Positions 13,256 to 26,559 of a stretch of 64,000 bases of DNA are shown here, one piece after another. Origin of the DNA: Amoeboaphelidium protococcarum X5 (lineage: Eukaryota; Fungi; Aphelidiomycota); the NCBI GenBank assembly GCA_023515725.1, contig JALDTO010000213.1:318280-382279 (forward strand), given 5' to 3'. Both the position numbers and the translations under genes were made by a program. The notes under the pieces were generated by a model that saw only the letters and a program-made list of their open reading frames with translations, had not been told where the DNA came from and searched no databases. Position 1 is the first letter of the stretch; every line of letters begins with the position of its first letter.

Positions 13256-15571
13256 ATGAATCGCCAATTCTTTATTGATTATAGTGGAAGTACTGGAGGC
13301 TGTGCTGAGTACTGGAATTATGTTAGAAGTGTCGTGGGAAATGATAAGTAATCATCGTACTTCTTCTGGGATACTCAATGCTCTGCTGCCACTAGACAAG
13401 AGGTCAGTGAGAGATGTGATAGGAAACATGGAAATGGTGGAACATCGCCACACTGTATTGTGTCAGATATATCATCAGACTCTCAGGTGCTCATTATCAC
13501 AGATGGGCAAGTACCAGCATCTGAAGTGGTGAGATGCGATGAAGCCTTGGCCGGGCGCAAATTCTAGTATGTGGAGGTGCACTTTGTCGGCGGCGAGTAG
13601 TAAATGAACTTGTCAGTCTCTGCTCCATTCACTCGCAATGTTTAAAAGTTCCGCCTAGTTTTGAATGGCAAGGTGCTGGATGAAGGGTCCACCTCGGCGT
13701 CTATTGAGTTTGATGAGTATTTTGGACATCCTGATAAGTTTTTGCTTGATTTCGACGACATTTATAAGCGAGTAAGTAGAAAGTTCCTGGGCTAATACGA
13801 TGAGCCAATGCGTAATAAATTGCTTAATCTCTAGAGTGACCTGCTCAAGTGTGCATCCTAGATGTAGTCTGATAGTAGTGGAAAAGGATGGGATGAGTTG
13901 AGATCGCTACTTAACTCTAAGCAGTATGAGCAGAGTATAGCTAAATTGAGGGCCAAGATTGCCGCTGCGGATATGTCCATGGCTCAAAAGTTGGGCTAAT
14001 CCTTCGAGATGTTGCTGTAGTGTTGCAGTCCGCAAGCCAACTTCTCCTTTAATAATCTTCAGCCCGGTCGTCTGAGTAGAGCTTAGATTAGTCAACGTGT
14101 CGAGGCTGAAGATTTGGTAGAGACGGAGAACAAGACTGGCTTTGAGTGTCCTATTATGTATGACCAGGAGAGTGCTCCAGTCCTAGGTATAAAGGCTGGC
14201 GATGGTATCCTAAAAGATTTGAGTAAAGATTACTTGGATGCTATATTCAATTGTCCACTACTGATTCTAAACGATGACTCTCTAGTCAATAAGCTGAAAG
14301 AGCGGTTTGATATGGTGTTAAGTCTAGAAGCGTTCAAGGGAATTAGCGCGTTTAATCATCAAACTAAAAGTCCAATGACTGGAGCTCAACTTTCATGTGT
14401 CTTGCCCACTGGAGATCATCCATCGCATCTTAGTGCCACGGTTTACTGCCTGGCTAATCTCTTTCTTGGTAGTAAGCTTGTCGGGCTACCAGTGCTGTAT
14501 CTGTATGTGGTTTATCGTGTTCTTGGTCAGGTGAGATACATCGCGGAAAATAAAGAGTTTATGGATGCCATGAGGAGTTGCGTGATGGACAGAATGCTGA
14601 AGGCAAACACTTACATTACTCTTACTGGTCAGGTGGTGGAGCCAATGATCAAGGCTCCTGTCGATATTGCAGTGTGGTATTGCGTGGTAAGTGCACGTTT
14701 GCACACCAAGAAGGATTGTGATGGTTCGGATAGCGATGATGCCAGAAATAGATTGCGAAGTTTTGGTGCTGCCTCTTAGTACCTGGTGGACATTGTGGAT
14801 AATCTGTTCCAGTATCCATTTGAGAAGGAGTGGACACTGAAGAGGTTGGCGCTGTATAGAGCGTTCGCCTGGATGATGAAGTAGGAGAAGGAGCGTAACA
14901 CTTAGTGGCGGGATGTGATCAGAGCTCAGCATCAGAATCATATAATTTTGAGTGATGGTAGTATCATCTTTTTGGATGGTAAGGCCCCTAGTGACAAGCC
15001 TAAATTACCATTTGAGAACCTCTCTGTGCAAGAAGTATACGGTCTATCGCTGATTGTAGATGCTGGCAAGACAGTCAATACCGTAATGATTCCTGATAAT
15101 ATAAGACGTGAACTGCCAGCAGCTGTAAAGAATTATGGATATCCTGAGGGATTAACACAAGAGCAGATCACCTACTCTCCAAAGGTTTGTCCCACCACGC
15201 TGCGCCCATTCCTGGTTGATCAAGTATCTCATAAGCCTTGGAAGTTAAATGCGGAGAGTGTGTATGGTCCCCTTGATAAATAGCTGTGTGTGAATTCCTA
15301 CTTTACAAGGTACGTATGGGCATTCAAGTAGTATCCCACGCGCGACTGTCTGATCAAGTTCATGGCTCAGAAGCAGTCGACGCGTCTCGATGCCAAAGAC
15401 ACTCTGCCATAGTATGTGGTGCAATTTGTGGATGCTATATTCAAGTCTTACCACGCAGTCTTAGGTGACAATTTCCAGAATATTCCCGCTGATCAATTTA
15501 TAAAGAGGACCATTGACAGTGTGAGCATAGTCAAACGCGAGTAGATTGAAAAGACTTCCTCCACTGTATGA
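13256..15571 (+). CDS. vWA/MIDAS-domain protein, 771 aa, intronless
   Basis: N-terminal IDYSGS (DxSxS), GGT and IITDG MIDAS motifs. Continuous TAR=Gln ORF linking track fragments 14114 and 14915. Confidence 0.8.
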
Positions 15572-15830
15572 ACATTCTGCGAATCAAGCAGTGGAATTTA
15601 TATATGAAAGTGTCGGTGTAATGAGTAAAATATGATGATAACTGAGTGAATAAAGAATGCGATGAATAAACAGCTAACTTCCTTTTGTAGTTCCAAGAGT
15701 AAATAATGTTTTCTAGCAACGAATATATATATGATAATACCATCAAGTAAAACAAGCATTATGTAAAGAGAGATATTATCTTTATCAACAACAATAGATT
15801 GAATGAGAGATGGAGACGGATGTAAATCCA

Positions 15831-16547
15831 TCATAGAAAAATCTTCCGAATCTGCTTGGCATTAGCGCGCTTATTACAAATGGGACACTGGGACTTCTTT
15901 TTAATCCAACCAGTGATACAACTATGACAGAATACATGACCGCAATTGAGAGACGCCATCTCAGACATGGTATCAAAACATATTGGACACTCTGGTTTAC
16001 GTGGTGACCTGTCTTTATCTTCCGCGTCATCTCCATTAGACTTGGCACTATCGTCCACTTTAGTAGTATTATCATCATCATCCTCATCATCAATGAGCGA
16101 TTCCATCTTTTAAAGTTGTTATAAAATCCTAGATGTCCTATCACTCTGAGGATCAACTGTTGGTTGTGCAGATGCAGTCGGAAGTTTAAGAGATGGTTAT
16201 ATGCTTTATTCGTTGGCTTTAACAGTCCTTGGTGCACTTTCATTATGCTTTTTCACAATATCCTTAACGGAGGAATTCACATTCACATTTTACAATCTCT
16301 GCTGTTATTATTACTACTACTATAATTTCAACCTTTTGTAGTATGATTCCTCAATTTCTCCATCATCGTCCAATACAATGGGCATACTAGAAATTACTGC
16401 ATGTCCACTCTTTCTCTTTACATTCCTCTACTATTACTATTATTGATATAACGATTATCTCTATGAGCCTTACTTCTTCTGCTGATCATTATCGTCATCA
16501 TCAGATACCAAGTCAATAACCTCAATAATCTTGTGCTTTCTCGACAT
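15831..16547 (-). CDS. SIM-containing RING E3 ligase (RNF4/Slx8-like SUMO-targeted ubiquitin ligase), 238 aa
   Basis: N-terminal SIMs IIEVIDLVSDDDD and PIVLDDD. C-terminal C3HC4 RING CPICFD..CGHVFCHSCI..CPIC ending RKIFL. Confidence 0.85.
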
Positions 16548-17160
16548 TGAATCTTTCGACTTTATTACTATTTAACGATACCTTGAAATTAGAATCTATT
16601 ATAGTATTTTTATGGAGTTCAAGAGAAAGGATATAATGTATTGATTTTCCCTTGTACAATAAGCAGTCTAATCGCTTTATATTTCTGTCGTGATGCGCCT
16701 GCCCGCTGAGTAAAAGAAGAGAAAAATTGAAACTATTTTCGTTTCACAGCAGACGATTTGCGAGAGAGACGCTTACTTGATGATATGGACGCGTCACATG
16801 TTCACTCATTTATACAGAGTGGTTCTTTGTCTTATAAAATCTACTTTCAGGTTTTGATATCATACTCATATGGTCGAGTATAGTATAACAGATTTCAAAG
16901 ACACGGAGCCGATTTAAATACTGTTGAGAGACATGGTAAGTTTTCAAACGTCTTTTTCATCTCGTTTATATTGAATTTTACGCGTAACTAGTGCAGCATA
17001 TCAAAGACCATTAAAGTCGAACTATTAGCATTTTAAAAGAGGGAAAATGAAAAACCCATATGTACGGAGAAGTACATTTATTTCAGAAACTCTACATTAT
17101 CAAGACAAAATTTTCACTCGTTTAGGTATTCCAATACTTTTCACAGATCAAAGAGTATTA

Positions 17161-18536
17161 TCACAACTTTCTACTGAAAGACTAAATTCCGGTGATTGCA
17201 CGTCCAAGAATTAAAGCGTGTACATCAGCAGTGCCCTCGTACGTATTCACAGCCTCCAAGTTGAGAACGTGGCGTATGATATGGTACTCATCACTGATGC
17301 CATTACCACCGAGTAAATCTCTGCAATCGCGCGCAATCTAGATAGCCTTCATACAAGAGTTTCTCTTCACAATGGAGATCATCTCCGGAGCTGCTAGTCC
17401 TTGGTCTTTCAATCGACCCACCTGGATGCACCCCTGCAATCCAACAGAGATCTCAGTCAGAGCATCGGCCATCTTCTTCTATGGAATCTAATAGGCAGCC
17501 AGCGGAGCATCAAACTGCTTTCTGTCCAGAGTATAATCCCTAGCTGCCGAGAGACAAAATTCGGCAGCACCCAGCACACCCCATGATATACCATAACGCG
17601 CATTGTTCAGACATCCAAACGGCCCCTTCAAGCCATGTACATTAGGCAGCATATTCTCTTTAGGGACGACAACATCATCCATCATGATCATTCCGGTAAT
17701 AGATGCTCTCAATGAAAACTTGCCTTTGATCACAGGTGCACTCAAGCCTTTCATTCCATTCTCCAGTATGAATCCACGAATCTTCCCATCATCAGCACAT
17801 TTGGCCCAGATGACAAAGACGTCGGCAATAGGAGAGTTGGTAATCCATGTTTTGGATCCCTTCAGAACATACGATTTACCACCATCAATAGGCCGGGCGA
17901 CAGTCTCCATAGAAGATGGATCTGATCCGTGATTAGGCTCAGTCAATCCAAAGCACCCGACATGTTCTCCAGAAGCTAGGCGAGGTAGATACTTCTTGCG
18001 CTACTCCTCCGTGCCATACAAATAGATGGGGAACATCACCAGCGAGGACTGCACACTCATTGCACTTCTATATCCGCTATCGACTCTCTCAATCTCCCTA
18101 GCAATTAGACCGTAAGCGACAGAAGAGACACCAGCGCAGCCATAGCCATGCAGAGTCGCACCCAACAGACCCAGAGATCCCAACTCTGTCATGATATTAC
18201 GATCAAACACTTCATTTCTAAATCCATTCAACACTCTGGGCATCAACTTGCCCTGTGCATACTCTCTCGCAGTATCTCTACACTCGAAATATTAAGAACA
18301 TCACTCCATTATATCCAGAATACATAAATATGATAATCCTACCTTATACTTTTTTCTTCATCAGTCAACTAGGAGTCAATGTTCAGAGCATCTTCCCAGT
18401 CAAATTTGGCATAAGTATAAGGTGTAACATCGACAGAGTAAAGTCGTCTAGCCTGATTCTAAAGGCCGCTTCTGAACAATGTCGACTTTTATAGTAACTT
18501 TCTAGATGAAGCCCTTTACATACTATTTTGAAACAT
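17161..18536 (-). CDS. GCDH: Glutaryl-CoA dehydrogenase, mitochondrial (intron 18278-18342)
   Basis: [38 protein letters not shown] and [21 protein letters not shown](TAG)SF. Basic N-terminal presequence. Confidence 0.96.
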
Positions 18537-18637
18537 ACCCAACTCAACGATAGTCTACTGGACTAAATGTCTCAAGTGGTAAAGTATAAAGTTTGAAATG
18601 ATTGATCAATCTATCACGAGAAAGAGAAAGAAATGAC

Positions 18638-18650
18638 GAAACAATTCAAA
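18638..18650 (-). promoter_or_regulatory. Candidate core-promoter motif TTTGAATTGTTTC (also at 35229-35241 and 49863-49875)
   Basis: Identical 13-mer 100-190 nt upstream of three minus-strand genes, each followed on the sense strand by a TC-rich tract. Confidence 0.5.
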
Positions 18651-18833
18651 AAAGATTAAACGATAAATAGACGCAGCGGTGATAAGAGTAATAGTTGTCA
18701 AGTTGTCATTACTTGAACTGAGAAAATGAACTGTTTGGGATATGGAAATATTTTAATTTTAAAAACATGAAGTGATTCTATTAAAGTTTTGTATCATAAC
18801 AATGCTAAAAATGTATGACTATCGTGGAACATT

Positions 18834-20909
18834 TCAATTGGCTCTAGTCTCAACAGACGTGCAACTGTCAGCACATTCAACAGACTACTTATTGTTACTC
18901 AGGTTTGACGATAGATCTTAGTTTGCGCGCCTGTATCTTCTCTAAATTACGCATGATATTACAAATAGAATGATGGCAAACAGATTGGTCATGACACCGA
19001 TTAGAAGTATCTGAGGATCCATACTTTCGCTTATGAAATCTGGAAATGATGAAGCCTGATTTCCTTTTACAAACGTCTGGCACGGTGAAGCTTATACAAC
19101 AGTAGCGGTAACTACCACAGTTGAAGACTTGAATACCGTGACATTCTTCACACTCGGATATTGGAGTGCATCAGAGATTATCATGTCTACACTTTGCACG
19201 GTGTCCAATCGACAGTTTCTCACTTTCCATGCTCCGTTCATTGCAGGTAGACCAGATTGATGAACAAGACTAATGGAGTATGTTGATACGTCACTCAATT
19301 CGTTACGCCATTAATCAGCTGTAGATGGATATGCGGCCAATTCTTCAGATATCACACTCTGCTCTGGATCCAGGCGCATGTATACTTGATTCCACTAATA
19401 TAACACCAGGGCGTTGGTCCACACTGGCTTATTAGTTTGAGTCCACGCGCGTCCACTCTTGCCATTTACCGAGAATTTTAAACCATGTCCCACTGGCTGA
19501 AGGGAAAATTTGGCCTCAATCATGACTTCACATATCAATTTTCCATTATCGGTACCATACATTGACCAATCACTCAAATCTGCCGGTAAAGTTATAGTAT
19601 CGGTATCATACTATGACGATGTGAATATAAACTACCGCTCCAGAACAAAGCCTTCAGGAGTCAATAACACCTTCTAATTAGGAGTTTGTGGCAAAGATTA
19701 AAAATCTGTGACTAGAGCAGGTCCTTCAGCTATAAAGCTATTAGAATCAAACACCACTGGATTGTTTACCATGACTTAAGATAATTTACTTGATTGAGTA
19801 GAAGAACTAGTAGGTGACACTTTTACACCATCACCAAATCCCCATCGCGTGGCAGCATTATCCCTCATTATTTCCAAGATCAGCAAATCCTCTCTCGGGT
19901 ACACGTCGAAAGTTTTACCGGCTCTCCAATTCCACAATTGTATCATTGAAATGGGAGGCGAGGTATTGAAGGCTTTATCGAAGGCATATTTGATATATTC
20001 TGTTCCTCTGGATCTACTATAAGCATCGAAATTAAGACCAAATTCATCAACAACAAACGGCTTGCCTAAATCACGACAAAACGACGCGTAAGTTGCCAAA
20101 TTGTCCCATTCAGACTTAGCAAATGCACCGTTCGACAATAAAACTTTGTTAGGATCCTAATAGACATGTATCATACACACATCAACGTTTGGATTGCTGT
20201 AGATTGTCTTCCAGTAAGTGACAGGATCATTATAGCCAGAGAATGGCGACATGTGTAACAGTCCACCAGAACCAATAAGATGCTTTTTATCCAGCGAGCG
20301 CAGTCTTGCAGCAACTCTCTAAAGTAATGCAAATATAGGGGCCTGCTTTGATCTAGGTGAAGGCTAAACTTCTCCCAGGACAGTGAACATTAAAATTGTG
20401 GGATCCTCCGTGTACTTTATACCGCTGTACGTATTAGTTCTGCTGCACACGAAATCAACCAACTGATCCCACAAATAATAATTAGTTGCACTAAATGGAT
20501 CCAACTAGACATTCTCCATCCAGTTGGCAAGTCCAGACAGCTCAACTGTGACTCTAGTATCTAACTATGAAGCCTGGTAAATAAGAGAATCAAGCGGACG
20601 CCATATGTAATCTGACCATAGAGCGCCAGCGTCAGCCACTCGATTATTCTACTCAAATATCAGCACAGCGCGGAATGAGGTGATACCATTAGCAACTGCA
20701 GTGAGCATCAGCCTATATGCGTAGTCATTTAACGTTCCAACCCAGTAAGGATAAAGAGAGACGCCGACAGATTTGTATTGCAATCCAGAAGCATGCCCAA
20801 TTCTGAGCGAACTATCTGTTGAATTTCGAACTATAAAAGATTGAGACTAACCGGATATCAAGTATGGAAGGCAGATCGCAACTGATACAAGAATCTTGTG
20901 GATAACCAT
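18834..20909 (-). CDS. Membrane-anchored GH5 glycoside hydrolase (beta-mannanase-like), 691 aa
   Basis: Signal peptide MVIHKILVSVAICLPYLISG. Acid/base region RTNTYSGIKYTEDPTILMFTVLGEV, then IHVY and nucleophile KPFVVDEFG. A beta-rich accessory domain and C-terminal TM helix ILLIGVMTNLFAIILFVISCVI follow. Confidence 0.82.
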
Positions 20910-21513
20910 CACTAAATAGGTAGCGCACTTTGGAGTTCTGCGTGTTTAAACACAATGAAAGTGAAAATGTCAAATCACCAGGTACTGCTTGGTTGTCAAG
21001 GGAACTCGCCATCACCATACAGTGATGGCAGTCTCATAGCGCGTCGCATCAAAAGCTGATTGACAACAGTTTATTAGGCTCGTAAAGAATTTGATTTTGT
21101 TGAATTCAATAGCTAAATATTTACAACCAGATTATACATGGTTACATTAAATTAGGAACTTCGAAATGAGATATCTGGTGCTCCGGTTACACTATACGAA
21201 ACCTGCATAAAAGTTGAAACCGTTTGATCACTTCTTCAAGACTCTGACTAGTAAACTTATCATTTAGATTAAAGATCTAACATCTGGATATTGTCCCTTA
21301 AAAAAGGGTCGCCGTACATATTCAATTAGAGTACATCCTTAACTACTTCACACGGCCAAATGAGAAAGCACGCTTTGATTTAAGTACTGTTTGTCAATGA
21401 ATCACGCTTCTGTACTGAAATATGATGGATGGTATCAAGTCAACAGGCAAGCGTTGTATTCTTTTCACCGTCATTAATACTGTTATCATCCATTACATAT
21501 ATACTGTAAAGAA

Positions 21514-21995
21514 ATGAAATTTGTCTACTCTTTGATTTTGATACTGGCCACGGCGGCCAACATTTCAGCGCGTCCAACCACTTTACCAGGTATGTCATAA
21601 TCGAGAATATCACACAAGAACTTGACTAACTAACATGGCGCACTGTAGACTGTGGTATTCAATATGTATCTGTGTCTTAAAATAATATTAGTTTCACTTG
21701 CAAGAATCCAAAAGCTTGTATCTATTTGAACTACTCCAACAACAATGGGAAGATCAAGAGTAAATGCAGATGCTCTGACAAGTCCGCTTGCATCAAGTGT
21801 ATTCCTACACTACCGAGTGTGTAAGATTTGAAAGTTCCTGCTCAGATTCCCCAAGACTAGGTGAACTAAGTTGCCGCGTCTGATGTAGTTACATCAAGCC
21901 AGAAGAAAGCATATGAGCAGTGTAAGGCTACTCTGGCAAAATTGGCTGATTAAGGCGTAACTGTTGACCCCGATGCTGCTTGTAAAATTGCTTGA
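21514..21995 (+). CDS. Small secreted Cys-rich protein (intron 21590-21648)
   Basis: Signal peptide MKFVYSLILILATAANISA and about 9 Cys. The intron is GTATGT..GACTAAC..TGTAG. Confidence 0.75.
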
Positions 21996-22364
21996 GTCTC
22001 TCGGCGTTATAATAGTGCTTAAAGTTTAATATGGAATAATGAATGAATATCTGATATAATAAATTAATTTCTGTAAGTAGCATTTGATTTCTAATGACGT
22101 AACTTCTCTACATGGCATCTGGACTGGATTAGATCAAATTATGTTGAAACCATTTTGATTCAGTTTGCCCGTTTCAGAAGAGACGCGTCTAAATCAGGAA
22201 ATTCTTGATGATGTTTCAAGTGTTTGTTAGCGTGATCAGCCTCCTTCAATATCTAAAAAGGAAACTTGCTGGTGCATAAAAGCTCAAATTCCGGCGTTCA
22301 CTCTATCTTCTTCTATTAATCATCTCATATCACCGATCTTGTCCAAATCAAAAGTTATAGTATC

Positions 22365-23523
22365 ATGTTTGTTCGCGCTGCTGTATTGACATTGCTGGTT
22401 GCACTTAGCTCTAAAGCTGACCCATAGGTGTATCAGCGATAGTATGGTGCCTCAAGATTGAAGCAATACAATTCTTCTGCTCTGAATGCAACGATGCTTG
22501 AGCGCAACCTTAATGTTACCAGGCCGACTCCTATCGATGCTGTATCTGGTGATTACGAAGATTCGCCGTAAGTTAGACTTTTCTATTCTGTATGATATGA
22601 TATATCGTTGTTTCAACTGTGTAGTGCGTGTTGGTTGTAAAACTTTGCTATTGGAAAGCCAAACTTTGCCAACACATGTGTTAATGGGCTCGAACGTTCA
22701 GGGTAAGCGTGATGATATTGGACACAACTTACATCCGTTTGATTCTTGATCTGTGTAGTGCTCTCTGCTACAAGCCATGTCCTGCTAATCATACTGGCCG
22801 CGGTCCATTCTGCTCAACTGGCTTTATGAAGGGAAAGTTTAGAGGATTTGGAAAACCATTAGGTAATGTTTTGCTCTATCTCAATGAGTTTAAGTGACTA
22901 GTTTTGTATAATGTAGCCTGTAATTAAACCACTCAAGAACGCGAGGGTCTGCTGTGCTATGATAAATGTCCTGAAGGTTACACTCGTCACGGATACTGTA
23001 AGTTCCAATTTATATGCATAGCTTACTAAGTTTATCATGTTTATAATGCAATTGAAACTCTGTAGTATGCTCTGAGAACTGTCCACCACAAAAGCCGTAC
23101 AGATGTGGAATGCTGTGCACTGAAAATGGACGCGATTGTACAAAGGAAGTTCTGACATTATCCATGGAAGGTTTTGGAGTGGTGGCTGGACTGGCAACAC
23201 TCGGTGTATCTATCCTCACTGTTATTGGAACCGCTGGTATCGCTGCAGCAGTCGCGGGCATAGGCATTGGCCTGGGTACTTTCGGAGCTGGAACATCTGG
23301 AATGTCTCTGGCCAGCACACTGGTACAGGTGCCATTTTGTTATACCCGCGCCAACAAGACTGCAATCGTCAAGAGATTCGAATCCATGAGAGATCAGGCT
23401 GCACAAAGGATGAACACCACCTGTCACAGACTTTAGAGCATGCAAAATCACACTATGCACACCAATGCCACCAAGATTCTGGCTGAGTTGGCTGATAAGA
23501 AAAAGAACAATACTCAGGCATGA
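22365..23523 (+). CDS. Secreted Cys-repeat protein with Gly/Ala-rich hydrophobic hairpin (introns 22568-22624, 22703-22758, 22863-22916, 22998-23065)
   Basis: Signal peptide MFVRAAVLTLLVALSSKA. Repeats LCYKPCPANHTGRGPFC and LCYDKCPEGYTRHGYLC. Four GT..TGTAG introns keep the frame. Hydrophobic stretch GFGVVAGLATLGVSILTVIGTAGIAAAVAGIGIGLG. Confidence 0.75.
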
Positions 23524-23699
23524 TGATAATGTGCATATTTAATTAACATTTTGTAACATTGAAGTAAATAAAGTACCATACCATCACATAATCTTTTTAA
23601 TCATAGCTTTGATGCAACATACTATACCGCGGCAATATTTTTTTCCGTCTCGCGTCAGATGAAAATATCATAACGTCCCACAACGGAGATCGCAGAGAA

Positions 23700-24183
23700 A
23701 TGATGATCACAGACATTGGTTAATTGCTGTAAGAGTGGGAAGGTAATATTGACTTTAGCGATAAGGATCGAAAAGTGTTTAGCAAGCTCAATGATCTCAT
23801 GAAGAAGAACTAAAAAGATCAGGATGATAAAAGTGATCTAAAGGATAAAGTTACCACTATAGCAGACGGAGACAATGAGAAACTCGGTGGTAGCACTAAT
23901 ACAAAAGCGGCACTGAAAGATTTGAAAACTGTAGAGCAATTTCAAGAGTGGTATAAATTGATGGAATAAAATGCTGAATAAAATAAGCAATAAAAATTAA
24001 AGTAAGTACACCACCATTTACCACCAGTATAAAAAAACATTCTGTGAGAACTTTATCTGTAGACTCCACTTGAAATAATTAGACTTGAGAGTAGAACTTT
24101 GTAAATAGATTGAGAGCCTTTGTCAGGAGATTTACGTGTCATTAAAGTCAATACAAGAGCATTGCAGTGAGATTATTGACTGA
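23700..24183 (+). pseudogene. Truncated COG3/Sec34-like N-terminal fragment, ~140 aa (intron 24002-24062)
   Basis: LQEWE..., LKTVEQFQEWYKLME and ELCKQIESLCQEIYVSLKSIQ resemble the COG3 N-terminus. It stops at TGA 24181 with no room for the remainder before the next gene. Confidence 0.5.
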
Positions 24184-24519
24184 TTTCATAACGTGTGTTT
24201 GTGTTGTACGGAATATGAATGCACCAGAAATATTAAATGAATGCGATAATTAAGATCTCTCTACCTACTTGTACTGTATGCTGCTTGTTGAAGATTTCAA
24301 CATTTTACAACAGCTTGAATTGTCTTACTGTACCGCTCATTCTCTCCGCTCTTTCAGAAAATTGTCGCGTTGTTTCAGCTCAGCGTTTCTCACTGTCTCC
24401 GTATTCATCAGCTTCTCTGCTTTTCTCTACCCCAATAGCATTGCATATTATTATTGTTTCGTACAACTCGGTATAATTCCTAATTATAAATCTTTTACCC
24501 ACTGCTATTATATCTGAAT

Positions 24520-26382
24520 ATGTTGTTTAATGTTCCTGAAGCCGGTACTAGAAGAAGGCAGCAGTCATCGTAAAAGATTCCACTTAATGACACGCAGATG
24601 ACGCTGACTTGCCTTGAGCAGTTTCAGAATAAAAGAGATTAGGCTCTACTGTATCTGGATCTGGACAATGCACTCCATTGGGCTCAATATTCCTATAGGC
24701 TATCTCAGAACTCTACAGATTTGATCAAATTGTCAGCTATTTTAGTCACTAGAGGAGAGTATGAAAGAGTGCTGCAAATGCTCAATAAATTCAACTCCAA
24801 TACTAGTAATGATGGTGATGGTGATGATCTTGGTGAACTCACTCTAGTTAGAGCTCAGTGCCTACTCAAATTGGATCAGTTGAACGAAGCCTTGGCAATA
24901 CTCAACATCTGCATTGATAACAATACTAATAGTGCCGGTGATTAAAAATAGTCCTCAACTCCCATGTTGGCCAAATGTTATTAAATAAGAGCGCAAGTAC
25001 ATAGTAATCTTGGTAATTGGGAGTAGTCTCGTCTTGATTACACCTAGTGTCTATAGATTGATCCAACGAATGTGGAAGCGTTGTAGCAATTATCTTCGTC
25101 TAGATCGCTTCCTTCTAAAGAGGCATCTAGACTCTTAAAGTCTCTACATTTTAGTGAATGCTTCGACTAAAAGTGGGTCACAGACGCTGTAAAGTGTTTG
25201 TATGCTCATAAACTTGATCTGGATTATCCTGGTGATACTCAGATTGCTAACATTGTCCACAATCAGATCGACTACAAATGTAAACAGGCAATTGACTATA
25301 TGCATCTGCATAGATACCCGGAAGCTGTTGCGATACTGGAAGACTTATACGATGGTGACAGGTATGATCCGCGTATTATTCATTTATATGGCGACTGTCT
25401 GTTCCAATTGAATGATAATGTAAAATTGTATGAGATTGGATCCTCCTTTGCCACTCACTATCCAGAATATGCACTCACTTGGTACATTGTGGGTTTGTAC
25501 TACTTGTCAACCAGGAAGTATGCAATGAGCAAGCGGTACTTTTCGCAGTGTACATCTATTGATCCATAGTTTGTGGATGGTTGGCTTGGTCTCGGCCATG
25601 CATTCTCAATGAATAAAGAGTCGGATGCTGCAATTATAGCGTACAGTCAGGCTATGAAATGTACTGATAGTCATGTACCTCTCCTACTGATGGCTGGTGA
25701 GTATGAAGAGGCGAATCCACAGTTGGCGCAATCATTGTATAAGCAGTGCTTAGAACGATGCCGCGGTGACAATGATTTGTAACTCATCATTCAATACGCG
25801 TCCTTTTGCCTGCGAGATGCCAACCGCATTGACGAAGCTTATGGATATCTCCAGTCGTGTCTTCAGGTGGTACTTGATCAGAACTACAGCGATTCTTTCA
25901 TGGGAAGATATCTGACTAATTTCGGATATTGTTGCGTTCAAACTGGACAGATTGATCAGGCTTTGGCACTGTTGAAAAAGTCAATGTCTCTATGGCCCAG
26001 CTCTAACACGAAAGAACTACTAGGCTATGTTTATCATGTGATGGGCGAATTTGATATGGCAGTGGATCTTTACTAATCTGCATTGAATGAATCAGCTTCA
26101 GACTCTTAAGCGATTCAGCTGGTTGAATTGGCCATGGAGTAGTCTATTAGTGGCGATGCTTTCTGGAAAGATGTTATTAATCAAAACTCTCAAGTAAGTA
26201 TGCAAGATACCCGCGGCGCTATAGGTGGGAATGTATCGCTTATAAATGATAGCATGGACGTTGAGTAATAATCTTCTACCGTGACTAAAATGTAGCCTGA
26301 AAAGGCCTCTTTAGGAAGTACCAGAACTCGGGTTGCCACCAGATCTACCAGTAGACGACAAGGTACCAGCGGGAAATAGTGA
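24520..26382 (+). CDS. CDC16: Anaphase-promoting complex TPR subunit Cdc16/APC6, 620 aa
   Basis: YPEYALTWYIVGLYY..SKRYFSQCTSIDPQFVDGWLGLGHAFSMNKESDAAIIAYSQA matches the Cdc16 TPR consensus. Confidence 0.85.
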
Positions 26383-26559
26383 ACACTTTTTGTACGATAT
26401 AGTCTCTTTTGAATCGAACTATAAGTGGCTTTAAGTACTTTCCTTCGTAGCATTCTCTTTCTATAATTTGAATCTCTCCAAGTCGAGCGAGATCTCTTGA
26501 CGTGAAGGCAAAGCCTTTTTACTTTTGTTTGAAGCGCGCGTTGTTATAATTCTAGTGAG

